Shown: positions 48,605-60,960 of the stretch, one piece after another | Layout: each line of letters opens with the position of its first letter | Numbering within the stretch: position 1 is the stretch's first letter | Assembly: GCF_036321535.1 (NCBI RefSeq) | Contig: NC_087459.1 | Coordinates: forward strand, 5,890,001-5,954,000 | DNA: 64,000 nt | Reading direction: 5' to 3' | DNA from: Camelus dromedarius | Taxonomy: Eukaryota | Notes under the pieces: model-generated | Database searches by the model: none | The model's input: the letters and a program-made list of their open reading frames with translations, nothing else | Told to the model about the DNA's origin: nothing | Translations under genes and position numbers: made by a program

Positions 48605-50555
48605 TGTGGGAGGAAACTGAGAAGGAATGCAGACTGTGACCAACTAATTTAATGATATTACAGATGAATCATATAACCACGCTGAAAGGAGGGAGGAAGA
48701 AAGGAAAGTAGCTTTGGGATGATCTGATACTACACAGAGAAAATCCTAAAGACACTATCAGAAAACTACTAGGGCTCATCAGTGAATTTGGTAAAGTTGC
48801 AGGATATGAAATTAATGCACAGAAATCTGTTGCATTTCTATACACTAACAACAAAATATCAGAAGAGAAATTAAGGAAGCCATCCCATTTACCACTGCAT
48901 CAAAAGAATAAAATACCTAGGAATAAACCTACATAAGGAGGCAAAAGACCTGTACTCCGAAAACTGTTGAAGATGCTGTTGAAAGAAATTCAAGATGACA
49001 CAAACAGATGGAAAGGTATATTGTGTTCTTGGATTGGAAGAATCAATATTGTTAAAATGGCCATACTACTCAAGGCAATATACAGATTCAGTGGAATCCC
49101 TATCAAACTACTAACGGCATTCTCACAGAACTGAAACAAAAAAATTTTTAAATTGTATGGAAACACAAAAGATCCAGAATAGCCAAAACAATCTTGAGAA
49201 AGAAGAATGGAACTGGGGGAATCATGCGCCCTGACTTCAGACTATACTACAGAGCTACAGTAATCAAAACAGTATGGTACTGGCACAAAAATAGACACAT
49301 AGATCAATGGAACAGGATAGGAAGTCCAGAAATAAACCTACACACTTATGGTTAATTAACCTATGACAAAGGAGGCAAGAATATACGATGGAGAAAAGAC
49401 AAACTCTTCAATAAGTGGTGCTTGGGAAACTGGAGAGCTACCTGTAAAAAAAATGAAATTAGAGCATTCTGTAACACCATATACAAAAATAAACTCAAAG
49501 TGGATTAAAGACCTAAATGTATGACTGGATACTCTGCTCAGATCTTGGTTCCCAAATACTGTTCTTCAACAAAAGGAACCAGAGTTCCCTGGAGAAGGGG
49601 CTGATTCCAGGGAGGGGTTAGAGAAAACATAAGATGTGCCTGGAGCATCATAGGGTGCCAAAAATTTAGGAAGCATTGAAAAAAAAAAAAAGTAAGTATG
49701 TCTAAAGGGCACAAGAATCAAACAGAAGGAGCTCCCAAGAGTCAAAGCTGGAATACTTTGAGCAAGAAAAATAATGAGAAAATTAGATTATAATCCAAAG
49801 GAAAAAAATATTCTTGAGTTGACACTGACATAAACAACCTAAATAAACAACTACATCTCTTATAGAAGAGTTCTAATTAATACATGTAAAAGAATGAGGG
49901 AAATAGAAAATCACTGTCAGAACGACAAAGTAATAAATTAGTGTGCTGTTAAGTACAAATGGAAAAAACGGCAACCTTCCAGGGAGGAAACTTGGCAGAC
50001 ACCACCTCAACCATGTGATCAGGGGTAATATCACCAGTAATGAGACACACAGCTCTCACGTGTCCTCCAATGTGGGGCACTGAGAAGAACGCATCACTTT
50101 TATGTCACCCTTTCCAATTATACATATCTTCAGTCTAGTCAGGGACAGACAGCAGACAACCCCAAATTGAGGGATAGGCTACAAAAAAAAAAAAAAAAAA
50201 AAAAAAAAAACCCATGCAAGAACAAACAAACAAAAAAACGAAAGACCAAAAAAAAAAAAAAAAAAGAGCAACTTCCACAGATTGGAGGAAACTAAGGTGA
50301 CAGGACAACTAAACACCACATGGATAATAAAACAGATCCTGAAAGAGTAAGAGAACGAAAGGACAAAAGTAAAAACTGGTGAAATCCTAGGGAAGTGTCT
50401 ATTTCAGTGAATAGCTCTGGACTCATGTTAATTTCTGTTTCAACTACTGCATTATGTCGACATAAGATATTCAGAGAAGATGAGTGAAGGGTATACAGGA
50501 CTTCTTTATACTACTTTTGCAACTCTTCTGAAAGTCCAAGATTGTCTCCAAAAAA
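48605..50555 (+). mobile_element. L1MC-like 3' UTR, interrupted at 48718-49533
   Basis: aggaatgcagactgtgacc...gtagctttgg, then gctcagatcttggttccc...caacaaaaggaaccagag...cttggcagacaccacctcaacc...ttttgcaactcttctg. Confidence 0.7.
48718..49533 (+). mobile_element. Internal L1 ORF2 fragment (RT catalytic DD onward, decayed)
   Basis: Translates DDLILHRENPKDTIRKLLGLISEFGKVAGYEINAQKSVAFLYTNN; continues through cctgacttcagactatactac to ggattaaagacctaaatgt. No 3' UTR, tail or TSD. Confidence 0.93.
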
Positions 50556-51394
50556 GGTCTCAAAATTCTTTACAGCTGCTAAATCAAAAGTTTCAGACAC
50601 CTGGAGTCTTACTAGAAATATTTCACTTATCACCAGCAAAGTTATTACCCTCACTTTATGTTTAGAAGGAAATCAGATAATGAAGGCAAGCATAAATTTT
50701 TAAAGAAAACTTGCCCATGTCTTCTTTTTTCCAAATTCTATTAAATATTTTAAATCTAACTTCTTTTAGAAAGTGATCTAGTTTGGCATGGTAGACACGG
50801 TTATTATTTCCAGTCATTTGAAATGCACAGCTAACACGCACACTAAGGTGACCTTGTTTTAAAGGGAATTCTCGTGCATCTTGGATTTTCTGTTTAGTGT
50901 CCTTTGCAAGATGGCCACAAATCCCCAAAAACGTACACTTTCATAGTCATCTATAGATTTTAGGCTCTACACCCCCTAAACTCTCACCTTTCCCACACGA
51001 GTTCCTTTTCCACTGGGTCTACCTCACCCAGGAATGGAACTCAGCAACTGAGCCCTGATTTCTGCACGACTACTATGCTCCTCCCCTCACCTGCATGGGC
51101 TTCATCTCCAGGCAGGTGGTAGGGTAGCTGCAGCACACGTGGTTGTCATATCCACGGATGACAGTCTCCACTGAAATGCAAGGGAGTATCCTCCTGTCAC
51201 CCTCCCAGGAAAGAGGAAACTTTAATCTGCAGCCTCTAGAGAGAGACATGTATGTCTCATCGTGCATCCTGTGCCATTTTCCTTTATTCTTAAACCAAGC
51301 TTCATGAGCCAGGGTAGTCCCAAGGCTCAGGATGGCCGAGGCCCGAGTACCAGGGGATTATTATGTGTGTGGTTTAGAACAGGAATTGGAGAAT

Positions 51395-51604
51395 CACGGT
51401 CCACAGGCCAAACCCAGCCCACTGCTGAGTTTCGCAAATCAACTTTGCAAATACATATGTGTTGGAATATAGCCAAACCCATTTGTCTCCGGATTGCCTA
51501 TGACTGCCTTTGCACAATGACTGAGTAAACAGTTGTGAAAAAGACTCTATGTCCCATACAGCCCAAGTCCTGGCTCTTTACAGAAAAAAGTTTGCTGGCT
51601 ACTG
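51395..51604 (-). mobile_element. MER58-like hAT MITE
   Basis: caggccaaacccagcccactgc...ttggaatatagccaaacccatttg...ctggctctttacagaaaaaagtttgctggctactg. Confidence 0.75.
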
Positions 51605-52974
51605 GCTTAAATGAATGACACAGTGCACCTGGAATTCCTCTCAGCACTCTTACCCTCCCTGCCCGCTGTGCAAGGGCAGAGGAATAAAACAGATGTTCTG
51701 GAGACAACTACAATGCCCAGTACCATCCAACCCCTGGGCCAAGCAAACTCACAAATCGATTAAAGGGCTGCTCCGTGATGAGCGCCCTCCTAGTTTATGT
51801 GGCTTGAATTCACTTTCTCTTATAAAATTATCATGATGGTAAATAGCTATTTTTTTGCCTTAGTGTCCTTCTCCGGAAAAAAATGAAAGTTTGCAAGCCT
51901 GTGACAGCCTAATTTTCATTCATTAAATTTTATCAGGAAGTGAAATCCTAAAACATGAAGTTTTTGTCTCACACCATGTCATTGATTTCTCACAAGAACC
52001 CTAGATGTTAGTCAGTTTAAACTATGAAAGCTTCTGAAATGAAATTCAAAGTGGTTTAGTGCCGATAAACAAGTTATGCATGTTTCTCATTAATTGTCTG
52101 CAAGACACAGTCTCAGAAAGACTGAATGGTGTTAGTGGTCTGCAAGTTCCGCCCTTCTCCAAGAAGACTTTCATGCCATTGATTATATTGATTCTAATTG
52201 GTTACGTTCCACTCATAAAAATGAGCAATAAACAACTATCAGTACCAATGTCGTAACTGTTATCATTCTTAGAAGCAATGAAGGTCAAAACACAATCTAC
52301 ACACAAAAGGTGATCCTAACGCTCTCCATGCCTTCAATTTCAAAGGCAGTCCTGTAACTTACCACGGCATGAGATGACCCCTCATTGCAGGAGATGGAAA
52401 TAATATTTATCTAAGAACTTAATTGTAAAGTGATCTATGAGATAAGAATTTACTCGCCAACATCAGGTCATCCTTTAAGAACACAAACTTTTTTCTTTGG
52501 CATATCAGAGAAGATGAAGAGAGGGGAAAAAAAAAAAAAAAGGAGTGCTTACCTAGCTAGAGATTGACAACTAAGAAGAATGGTAAATAAAGACTTTCTC
52601 TCCAGGTGGCAGGAGTTTGAATACAGTCATGCTTAGTCCTAAGTGAAATCTCTTTGACAGAAACCTGCTCTATTTAGAACAGCTGGATATCAACCCTTGG
52701 GTTTCAGATCACGATAATAAAATGTCATTATTATGCTGGTGGTGATGTGGATTTCTCTGGGATGGGAGCAAAGTGAATGGCCTGGCAGTGGCATCAATAG
52801 ATGTGAAGAGTAGCAGGAACCACGGCCTGTCTGACTCCTCTGAATCAATTCAAGGAAACAAACATTTCTACAGTGTGTATTTCATGCCGGGCACCATGCC
52901 CCTCCCATACTCTAAATGAGGGGGAACCCAAGGTTCAGCTTCAATTTCTGCTTTTCTTCTTTCTCTTACCCTGA

Positions 52975-53285
52975 CTGTGTCAGCAGAATTGCTTTTCACT
53001 GTAAGTAACAGAAAACATGACTTCAGGGCTTAAACGTCAATAAATCTGAACGCAGGCAGTTTCTGCCCTGGCTTCAACGCTGGACAAGGTCAAGATGGTG
53101 TCTCCATGATGCTGTTGGTCTCTTCATTATGACCACAGAAGGATGCCACAGTACCCGTCAGCAAGTCCACACAGGGACCAAGGAGAAGGGCAAGGAAGCA
53201 GTGCTGGGTGCTTCTTCTGTCTCTTTTTTTCAAGAACACACAAGCCTTCTCAAAAAAACCTGCCTCCAGCATATTCCTTTCTGTC
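52975..53285 (-). mobile_element. Old MLT1 LTR fragment
   Basis: tgtcagcagaattgcttttcactgtaagtaacagaaaac...ggcttaaac...accacagaaggatgccacag. Confidence 0.45.
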
Positions 53286-53289
53286 TCTG

Positions 53290-53738
53290 TGATAGAGTTG
53301 GTCCTGATCCCTCTCTCCTCTGTAATGTAATAAGAATCACATCTCTACCATGGGTTCATGGAGGACATGTTGACACTTGACCTTGGGTTTGGCCACACAA
53401 CTTGCTCCCGTCACTGGAATGTTAGGAGATGTGGTATGGGCAGAAGCTTAAAATGTGCTTTCACAACTGGCCTTGCCCTCTTGTCCTCACGTAATCCACC
53501 AGGAAAAGAATATACCCCAGGAAGTCTCAAGTCCAAAGAGGATGAAAGACATCTTGGGGCGATCTAGACTCAACACATAGCTCGGAGTCTGCAATCCAGT
53601 CTGGACCAACCAAACTGCACTCATATATCACTGCAGACCCACAGATCCATTCATAAGAAATATATATTTATATGAGTCATTGTTTTTTTTAGGACAGTTT
53701 GTTATACAGCACTATGGTGGCAAGAGCTGACTGATACA
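53290..53738 (+). mobile_element. MLT1H/I/J-like LTR
   Basis: tgaccttgggtttggccacacaacttgc...cagaagcttaaaatgtgct...tttgttatacagcactatggtggcaagagctgactgataca. Confidence 0.7.
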
Positions 53739-54129
53739 TTTTCATTGGCTGGAATTGTGTCTCATGGCTTCTCTGAGGCCCAAAGGAGTTTAGAAAAGTG
53801 AACAACAAACAAGGGAAACTAAAAGAACTGATATAGAAACTTTCTTTCACACTTCCCAATTCAAATTCTCACTCTACACAGATTTCCAAACCAGCATACC
53901 TTGCTTTGGTCTCTCAGATATTAGCTATATCCTCCAAATGCCCATTAAGCATTTTGCATTGATGTGTGCTGCATTTATGTCAAAATCTGGGCATGTAAAA
54001 CTGACTTCTTTCCATCTCTCATCTCAAAACTGACCGCCCCATCTGACTTCCTTAGTACACCTTTATTACTACAGTGACAAACACTCACTATCTCAGGGTT
54101 AACTTTGATTTCTCTATTTGAATCTACAT

Positions 54130-54385
54130 ATGGCATAAATATTATAAATAATATTTACTATACTCATTTATTGAGCACTTATAAGATTCCAAGCAATGTT
54201 CCCAATGCTTCATATGCATTATCGCATGTAAACCATACAGGAGAAGCTCTGGAACTACAGGTAATTTATTATCATCTTCATGATAATGAAGAATTCAAAG
54301 GTTACTTTCCATCATCCAGTGACTGGCAAATTGGAATATACCAGATATTGGGTTCAAAATCACTCCATTCCCGGGCCAAGTATTC
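54130..54385 (-). mobile_element. MIR
   Basis: catttattgagcacttataagattccaagc...tgcttcatatgcattatcgcatgtaaacc...tactttccatcatccagtg. Confidence 0.6.
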
Positions 54386-54719
54386 TTTGTGAATTATTTC
54401 ACTGTATCCATACATACACCTTTGTAACAATTCAGTTACTGGAAGATGAGAAATATTAGGTATAACTGATTAGTTAATAATCACACCTTTACCAAATGTC
54501 TCTCAAGTTCAAAATCACTCCTTCCCTGGGTCAGGTACTTTATGTGAATTATTTCAATCCTCCCATGCATTTACCCGCTTTTGTCAAATCACTTACTAGA
54601 AGATGAGAGAGATTAGATTATACTGATTCTACCCCAGTACATGTCCCTTAATTTCTAACCCCACTGTCTATAAACAATTAAAAAGGTCTTCCTTTCTTGT
54701 TCCTTCTCATTCCAAATCG

Positions 54720-55030
54720 CTGTACATATAGCCTCCAAATTAAACTCTTTAAAATACTGCTGTCATCTTCACATTTATCTCCTGCCCTGCCAGCACCTGT
54801 GCCTGCTATCAGAAATACTGCATTTCTGTACGAGACATCATTCAAAGCCACAGTCATGGGACTTTGCCCTATACTGCCATGGGACATTCCTATGAGAAGA
54901 TTCAATTATACACCTAACACCTTCCAAGAAATACACTGACAAGGTGGGCGGAAGTGGGGTGAAAAGAACTTTCTTTGAAACTCCTTAATGCAAAAGTTTT
55001 GGATGGTTTCACAGCCCGCTCTGCCTATCA
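54720..55030 (+). mobile_element. L2 fragment
   Basis: cttcacatttatctcctgccctgccagc...tgcatttctgtacgagac...cctattgccatgggacattcc-like segment. Confidence 0.45.
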
Positions 55031-55439
55031 AATCAAGCCACAATTTCTTACTCAAGGGCCTCAAAGAGATAAACCCATTCCAGTTTACACCAGATCAGTT
55101 CTACCAAGATTGGACAGTTGTCCCAAGGCTGACCTAAGGCCAGTAAGCCGTGCTCCAAGGGCGTGCATCTGCTCTAACTGGTCAGCGTATGCGCCATACT
55201 CATTAGTAAGAATGATGAACACCATGCTAGTGTTGCCGTTTCTCTTCGTGAAATGCCTGCATGCTCTCTCTGCCCATCTAGCGTGACGTCTGACCTTCAC
55301 ATCCCACCCCTGCATAACCCACAGGAGTCTCTCTGCTCCTCAGAACCCCTCAAACAGGCTGGACATTATGGTGACTGGCTTGGAATAGAAACACTCTGTC
55401 TCCGTGTGCTTCTCTTTCTCTGGATCAGAATGTTGCCTG

Positions 55440-55640
55440 CTCAGAACTGTTGACATTCTGTGTTGTGAGGGGCAGTCCAGGGCACTGGACTCTGGGGCAG
55501 CACCTCTGGCCTCTACCCACTAGGTGTCAGCAGCACCATGCCCCTGGTTGTGACAACCAAGGATGTCTCTGGATCCTGCCCAGTGTCCTCTTGGTGGGCA
55601 AAACCGTCTCCCTTCTCACCTCCACGGAGAACCGTCACTG
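55440..55640 (-). mobile_element. MER20
   Basis: ttctgtgttgtgaggggcagtccagggcactg...ctggcctctacccactaggtgtcagcagcacc...gttgtgacaaccaaggatgtctctgga. Confidence 0.8.
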
Positions 55641-56548
55641 TAGACTACACGGTTCTCGGGACTGAGACTTCCTGAGTCTTCTTGCCCCCTTTTGTGTCAT
55701 GTGGGAGGTACTCAGCGATATGGCGGGTTGATTTCACATTCTCACAGATCCATCTTAATTGGAGGGTTTTGTTTTTTTTGAAACATCCCAGCGGGTAGTT
55801 GTTTTAATCTGCCATTAAGTCCACACCATTTTGCAAATGACTGCCTAAAAATGCACACGACTTAAGTATTAATTTGTTTGTGCAGGATGCAGAATTCTGC
55901 TTCTCCCAATAGGATCACCTTCTGAAAAGGCCATCTTTTATTTGATTTTTTTTTTTTTTTTTTTTTTAGTGCCTACCTAGGATTCCACGTTACTCTCTAG
56001 AAATCATCAGTTTTCAGAGAGGTTATTTATGAAGCTACGGAGAATTGTGATGATGCTGCAAAGAAGTCACAATGACCTACAGAGAATAAACCAGAGCTCC
56101 GAGGAGCTGTTAAGAATAATGGACTAAAAAAAAAAAGAATGATAATGAAAAAAACAGAGAAAAACAAAAATCAGAGTGAAAAATCTATTGTGATCATCCA
56201 CAAAATACAGTCTTCTGTAAGCAGCAGACACGCTTCCAGATAAAAATACTTACGTTTTTAAAAGCTTTTGTTTCATAATAAATACATGAGGTTATTTATT
56301 CCATGTATGATATCAGCATTAGTTTGAGAACACAAAAACTGTATTATTAGGAACCCAAGATACAAAGAAAAGTGATTTCTAAATATAAAGGGTAAAATCA
56401 TATGAGGCTACACCAGGGGAAAAGCTCTATATTTGAATCAATTGAACAAGAGTGCTGCTGTCTTTTTTTAAATTTATATAATATCCTGTTTGATGTAAAA
56501 TTGAAGAAAAGAACGTAAGTTACCCCTAAGCCAACTTTTTAAACTAAA

Positions 56549-56878
56549 NNNNNNNNNNNNNNNNNNNNNNNNNNNNNNNNNNNNNNNNNNNNNNNNNNNN
56601 NNNNNNNNNNNNNNNNNNNNNNNNNNNNNNNNNNNNNNNNNNNNNNNNNNNNNNNNNNNNNNNNNNNNNNNNNNNNNNNNNNNNNNNNNNNNNNNNNNNN
56701 NNNNNNNNNNNNNNNNNNNNNNNNNNNNNNNNNNNNNNNNNNNNNNNNNNNNNNNNNNNNNNNNNNNNNNNNNNNNNNNNNNNNNNNNNNNNNNNNNNNN
56801 NNNNNNNNNNNNNNNNNNNNNNNNNNNNNNNNNNNNNNNNNNNNNNNNNNNNNNNNNNNNNNNNNNNNNNNNNNNNNN
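56549..56878. other. Sequence gap (330 N)
   Basis: Run of N. Confidence 0.99.
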
Positions 56879-57288
56879 CATCCTTTGGCAACCCCTGGGG
56901 TGATAAGAAAGGCTTTTCATGGAATGAGAAGATGAAATTAAGCCGGTAAAGAAGGCCCAGGTTCTCCCAATACAGAATTAGCACAGATCATTTCAAAATT
57001 GACAAGAGGAGCAAAACCTGAAATACAGCGTGAAGATTCAGTGAAATATAAATATTACATATCGACCCACAGATGGTCAATAAGCACTTTTTCCTGCAGG
57101 CATTTTTATTCATAAAATAAGCTTTACTCAGATATTAAAGGGGAAAGGGGCAAGGAGCTTGCAGAAAACAAAAAGCACTGCTCAGAAAACGTCCTCCAGG
57201 AGACTGGCATCGGTTTTGTAGGCTACATGATAAAACCTGCAAGACGATCTTTGAGAAATGGGAAATCAAGTTTCATTTCTAACCTACT

Positions 57289-57760
57289 ATATTATGCTGA
57301 GTAACAGCTGCCCATGGATATCAGGTCCTATTCTCTGTAGATGGTAAACGTTACTTTATAAGGAAAAAAAGGGTCTTTGCAGGTGTGATGAAGGATCTTT
57401 AGACGGGGAGATTATTCTGGATGATCAGGGTGGGTCCTACATCCAATGGCAAGTATCCTTAAAAGAGAGAGGCAGAGGGAGGTGTGAAACTTTCAGAAGA
57501 GAAGGTCCTGCGAAGAAGGAGGCATAAATTGGAGTGATGCTCCCACAAGCCAGTAAATGCCAGCAGCCGCCAGAAACCGGAAGAAGCAAAGAGCCTCCAG
57601 GGGGAGCAGGCTCTGCCAACATCTTCATCATAACCCAGTGATGCTGATTTGGGATGCTGATTTCTGTCATCTGGACTGGCAAGAGAATACATTTCTGTTG
57701 CGTTAAGTCACCAACTTTGTGATCAGTCGATACACCAGGAAACAACAGGAAATCAATAAA
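57289..57760 (+). mobile_element. MLT1C/D-like LTR
   Basis: gggtctttgcaggtgtgatgaaggatc...ggggagattattctggat...cacaagccagtaaatgccagcagccgccagaaaccgg...tacatttctgttgcgttaagtcacc. Confidence 0.82.
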
Positions 57761-57799
57761 CCCACCATATTTCCTCAGTGTCTCCTACTACTGAACTTC

Positions 57800-57965
57800 A
57801 CTGTTGAATAATAATAATAATAATATTATACTGACACAGGATTACACACCACCTCCCGACACTTATTTACTGTGTGACAGACCCTCCCTTAATCACGTAT
57901 GCGTGTTGTGTTCCTCCATCCTCAAGCCACCACCATGTTTCGGGGGTTAGGATCTCCACGGCACA
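57800..57965 (-). mobile_element. MIR
   Basis: (AAT)n tail, acttatttactgtgtgacagacc...atcctcaagccacaccac. Confidence 0.5.
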
Positions 57966-58879
57966 GAAGAGGAAACAATGACCCTTTGTCACGTGACCAT
58001 CAAATGACAGATTTGTCATAAGAACTCAGAAAACTGACTCCACGGTCGTCTCCTCTCCCACAACCATTCTGCCACACTGCCCGTGCACGAGTCTTTATCA
58101 CAAAGAGCAAAACTTTGGGTCTACAAAAAGACAGAGACAGGTATATTGCATGAAGTTCATGGGCCATCCATAGTAAGTACACTACATTCCTAGCCATTAA
58201 AAACTCTCAGAAGACGTAATAGGTGTGCTGGTCATTCTCTTCACTTGATAATGATGCTCTTGGATACATTAAATTTTTATATCATGAGTGAGCCTATTAT
58301 TTCCACTATAATTCATAGCAGATAGTAGCTGTGTGTGACATAACAGCTAAGGCTGTTTTCCCAAACCTGTCCCTCCCTAATTGGTAAGGCAAGGAAAGCA
58401 ACAATTTGGGAGACAAGCATTGCTAAAACTCTGATTGGAATTCAAGTTCCAGGGAACTGGTGGTGTCATTAATCAACTGTTTCAACTAATTAGCTATTTT
58501 CTTCTCAGTACCTAAAGTAGGCTTTAGGTGGTGGGACCTGGAACATACCATTCATCCATCTATCTATCCGTCTATCAACTTGTCCACCCATCTCCCCATC
58601 CCTCTATCCATCCACCCTACATTGAGTGCAACTTGGACTAAAACTGCCTAGAAAGTAGTACCTAACTCCATGTTAATAATATTTAGAGGGTGTTCATATA
58701 TGAGACTATAGTAGGGGACAAATTTGGCAATAATCAGACACTTACCAAGTTTAAGTTTAGCTTCAGAAGAGAGAAGAGTTTCTCACTAAAACAAAGAAAT
58801 AACAACAACAGAAACACAAGGAAATGTTCCCTGAGAATGAGACTGTGGCTAAGAGCTCATCTCAGAGAAGAAGGAACGT

Positions 58880-59200
58880 ACGCTGAAGTCGTGTAAGGAA
58901 AGTGACTGACATGGGAGAGCATTTCATGGATGGAGAGGAGAAGGAAGATTTCCAGACCTTCCTGAAAAGACCCACTGTGCCTGTCACCAGGGAACTGGGA
59001 GATCACCAGACCATGATGCATAAAAAGGCCAGAGGGTCAAGGGAGCCCCGGGAGAGACTATGGCAAGATCACAGCTAGAAACGAAAGCAGCAAAGACACA
59101 ACCATGACTCACCAAGGACTATGGGCATCGCCACAGCAGCACAGGAGGGGCCAGGAGAGCCAGATCTTCTCCAGGGATGCTGATGATAATATCTGGTTTA
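58880..59200 (-). mobile_element. L2 fragment
   Basis: aggaaagtgactgacatggg...aagatttccagaccttcc...gggccaggagagccagatc...gatgataatatctgg. Confidence 0.45.
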
Positions 59201-59529
59201 CTGGGATGTTTTGACAGCATGACTCATAATGGTTGTAGAAATTTTTTTAAATAGGGAGAGGGGTGTTTTAATCACTTTATGATGTATATGCTTCCATGAG
59301 TGATGAACCATATCTCAGTGGAAGACCACGGACTACCACCTACCTCTCATCATTGGTCAAACCATTTCTGTGTGCTGGGACAGTTCTTATTCCTCGCTTC
59401 TAAGAACAAAGAATTATCAAACACTGGAGAAGGTATAGAAATCAACAGTGACAACTGCAATTCTTTATGTCTGCCCCTTGAGCCAATCATTGCACCTTAA
59501 AGAGCTCGTCCAAAGGAAGTAGCGATGTG

Positions 59530-59990
59530 CTCAAAGATCTCTGTTCAAAAATTTTCACTGCAGCTTTTAACAGTAAAGCAAAAAACAAAACAAAACAAAA
59601 CAAAACCTAGAACAATATTAGTGTGTAACCAATGGAGAATGGTTTAAGTGTGATGGCACACCCCAATGTTGGGCTATTGTGGACCATTAAGTTTATCTTC
59701 CTGAAGAATATTCAATGATGTGGAAGAAAATGTTCATATTAAAATGTCAAGTGGCAATAGCAGGGCACTTTAATATATGTAGTTTAAGCCCAATTAAATA
59801 TCTGAGTACTCACATACACACAGAAAAAATAAATAAATACAAAGGGAATCCACCAGAACGATGCGAGGAGGTGTCCACCGTAGCCAGAGTTTAACAAGGG
59901 GATAGTTTCTTATATAGATTTTTTTCCTTTTTTTCCTAACTTTTCCTCCACAAGTATACATTATTTTATAAACAGAAGAAACGTACAAAA
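59530..59990 (+). mobile_element. L1ME-like 3' end with (AAAAC)n
   Basis: aaaaattttcactgcagc...cctagaacaat...gatgtggaagaaaatgttc...ttttcctccacaagtatacattatttt. Confidence 0.6.
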
Positions 59991-60632
59991 AAGAAAATGA
60001 AAGACGGTGTCCATGAAAATACTGCATGACATGTAGGAGACGTGGGTCTGTCCACTTCTAAAACAACTTAATTTTTTGGTTTGTCTTTGTTTTGCTTACA
60101 TCCGCACCCCAGCATCCTCCGCCCCAGGATGACAGTTTAAAACAGGCTAAGATGGTGTCATCTTCAATTCCATAAACGTGGAATCTGTGAAAATTCTGAT
60201 GAATAAACCTCTGATTATTTTTTCCCCTTCTGAGCTATGAATGTTGTCACAATTTGAATCACGGTATATGAGAAAGATGCCAAGTACCTTCTCGCAGCAG
60301 ATGAATCACGCATTACAAATGGCTTATGTTTAAAACAAATGATCAGCTTAAACATCCCTGCCTGCCACCAGGTCCCAGCAGACATGGTATATATTCTCCA
60401 GCATATTAACTTAAAAATGGAGCTCGGTCCCCAGGGGGCTTTGAGATGTCAGGCAAGACCCAGGTAAGGAAAGGAGTGATGGATCTTTTTATCTGGTTCA
60501 AGCTAAGCCACCATCTCCTTCTTGGATTTCTTCCCTCTGCAGACAGAATGGAAAAGCAAGTCGCTGGGGCTCCTAGAACAGGAAGTTGAGGTGCATTTGC
60601 CTAGGGGGAAGCACTGGAAACAGTCTGCCCTG

Positions 60633-60957
60633 AAACATATGGTCTTCTGCATCTGACTTCTCTCGCTCAGCAGGATACGTGCACGATGTTTTGTGAGGTC
60701 CATCCGCACAGCAGCTTGTATTAGTATTCTGGTGTTTTGTTAAGCTCTTTGTAGTTTGTTTTTGCTGAATTGTATCCTCTTGCACAGGTATCTCGAGTTT
60801 TATCTACTCACCAGTTGATGGAAGTTTGGATTGTTTCTAACTTTTGCCTATTATGACTAGTCCTGCTGCAAACACGCGAGTTTTATCTACTCACCAGTTG
60901 ATGGACGTTTGGATTGTTTCTAACTTTTGCCTATTATGACTAGTCCTGCTGCAAACA
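60633..60957 (-). mobile_element. Old L1M 3' region, inverted segment
   Basis: ggtcttctgcatctgacttctctcgctcagc...tgaggtccatcc...tactcaccagttgatggaagtttggattgtttc. Confidence 0.7.
60794..60957. repeat. Tandem duplication, 83-bp period
   Basis: 81-bp copies at 60794-60874 and 60877-60957, one mismatch (ggaagttt vs ggacgttt), separated by cg. Confidence 0.96.
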
Positions 60958-60960
60958 ATG

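Noticed and set aside
17054-56984. ORFs containing X runs (17054, 17238, 20284-20649, 30485-31151, 32120-32438, 56474-56984)
   Set aside because: They are open only because they read through N-gaps.
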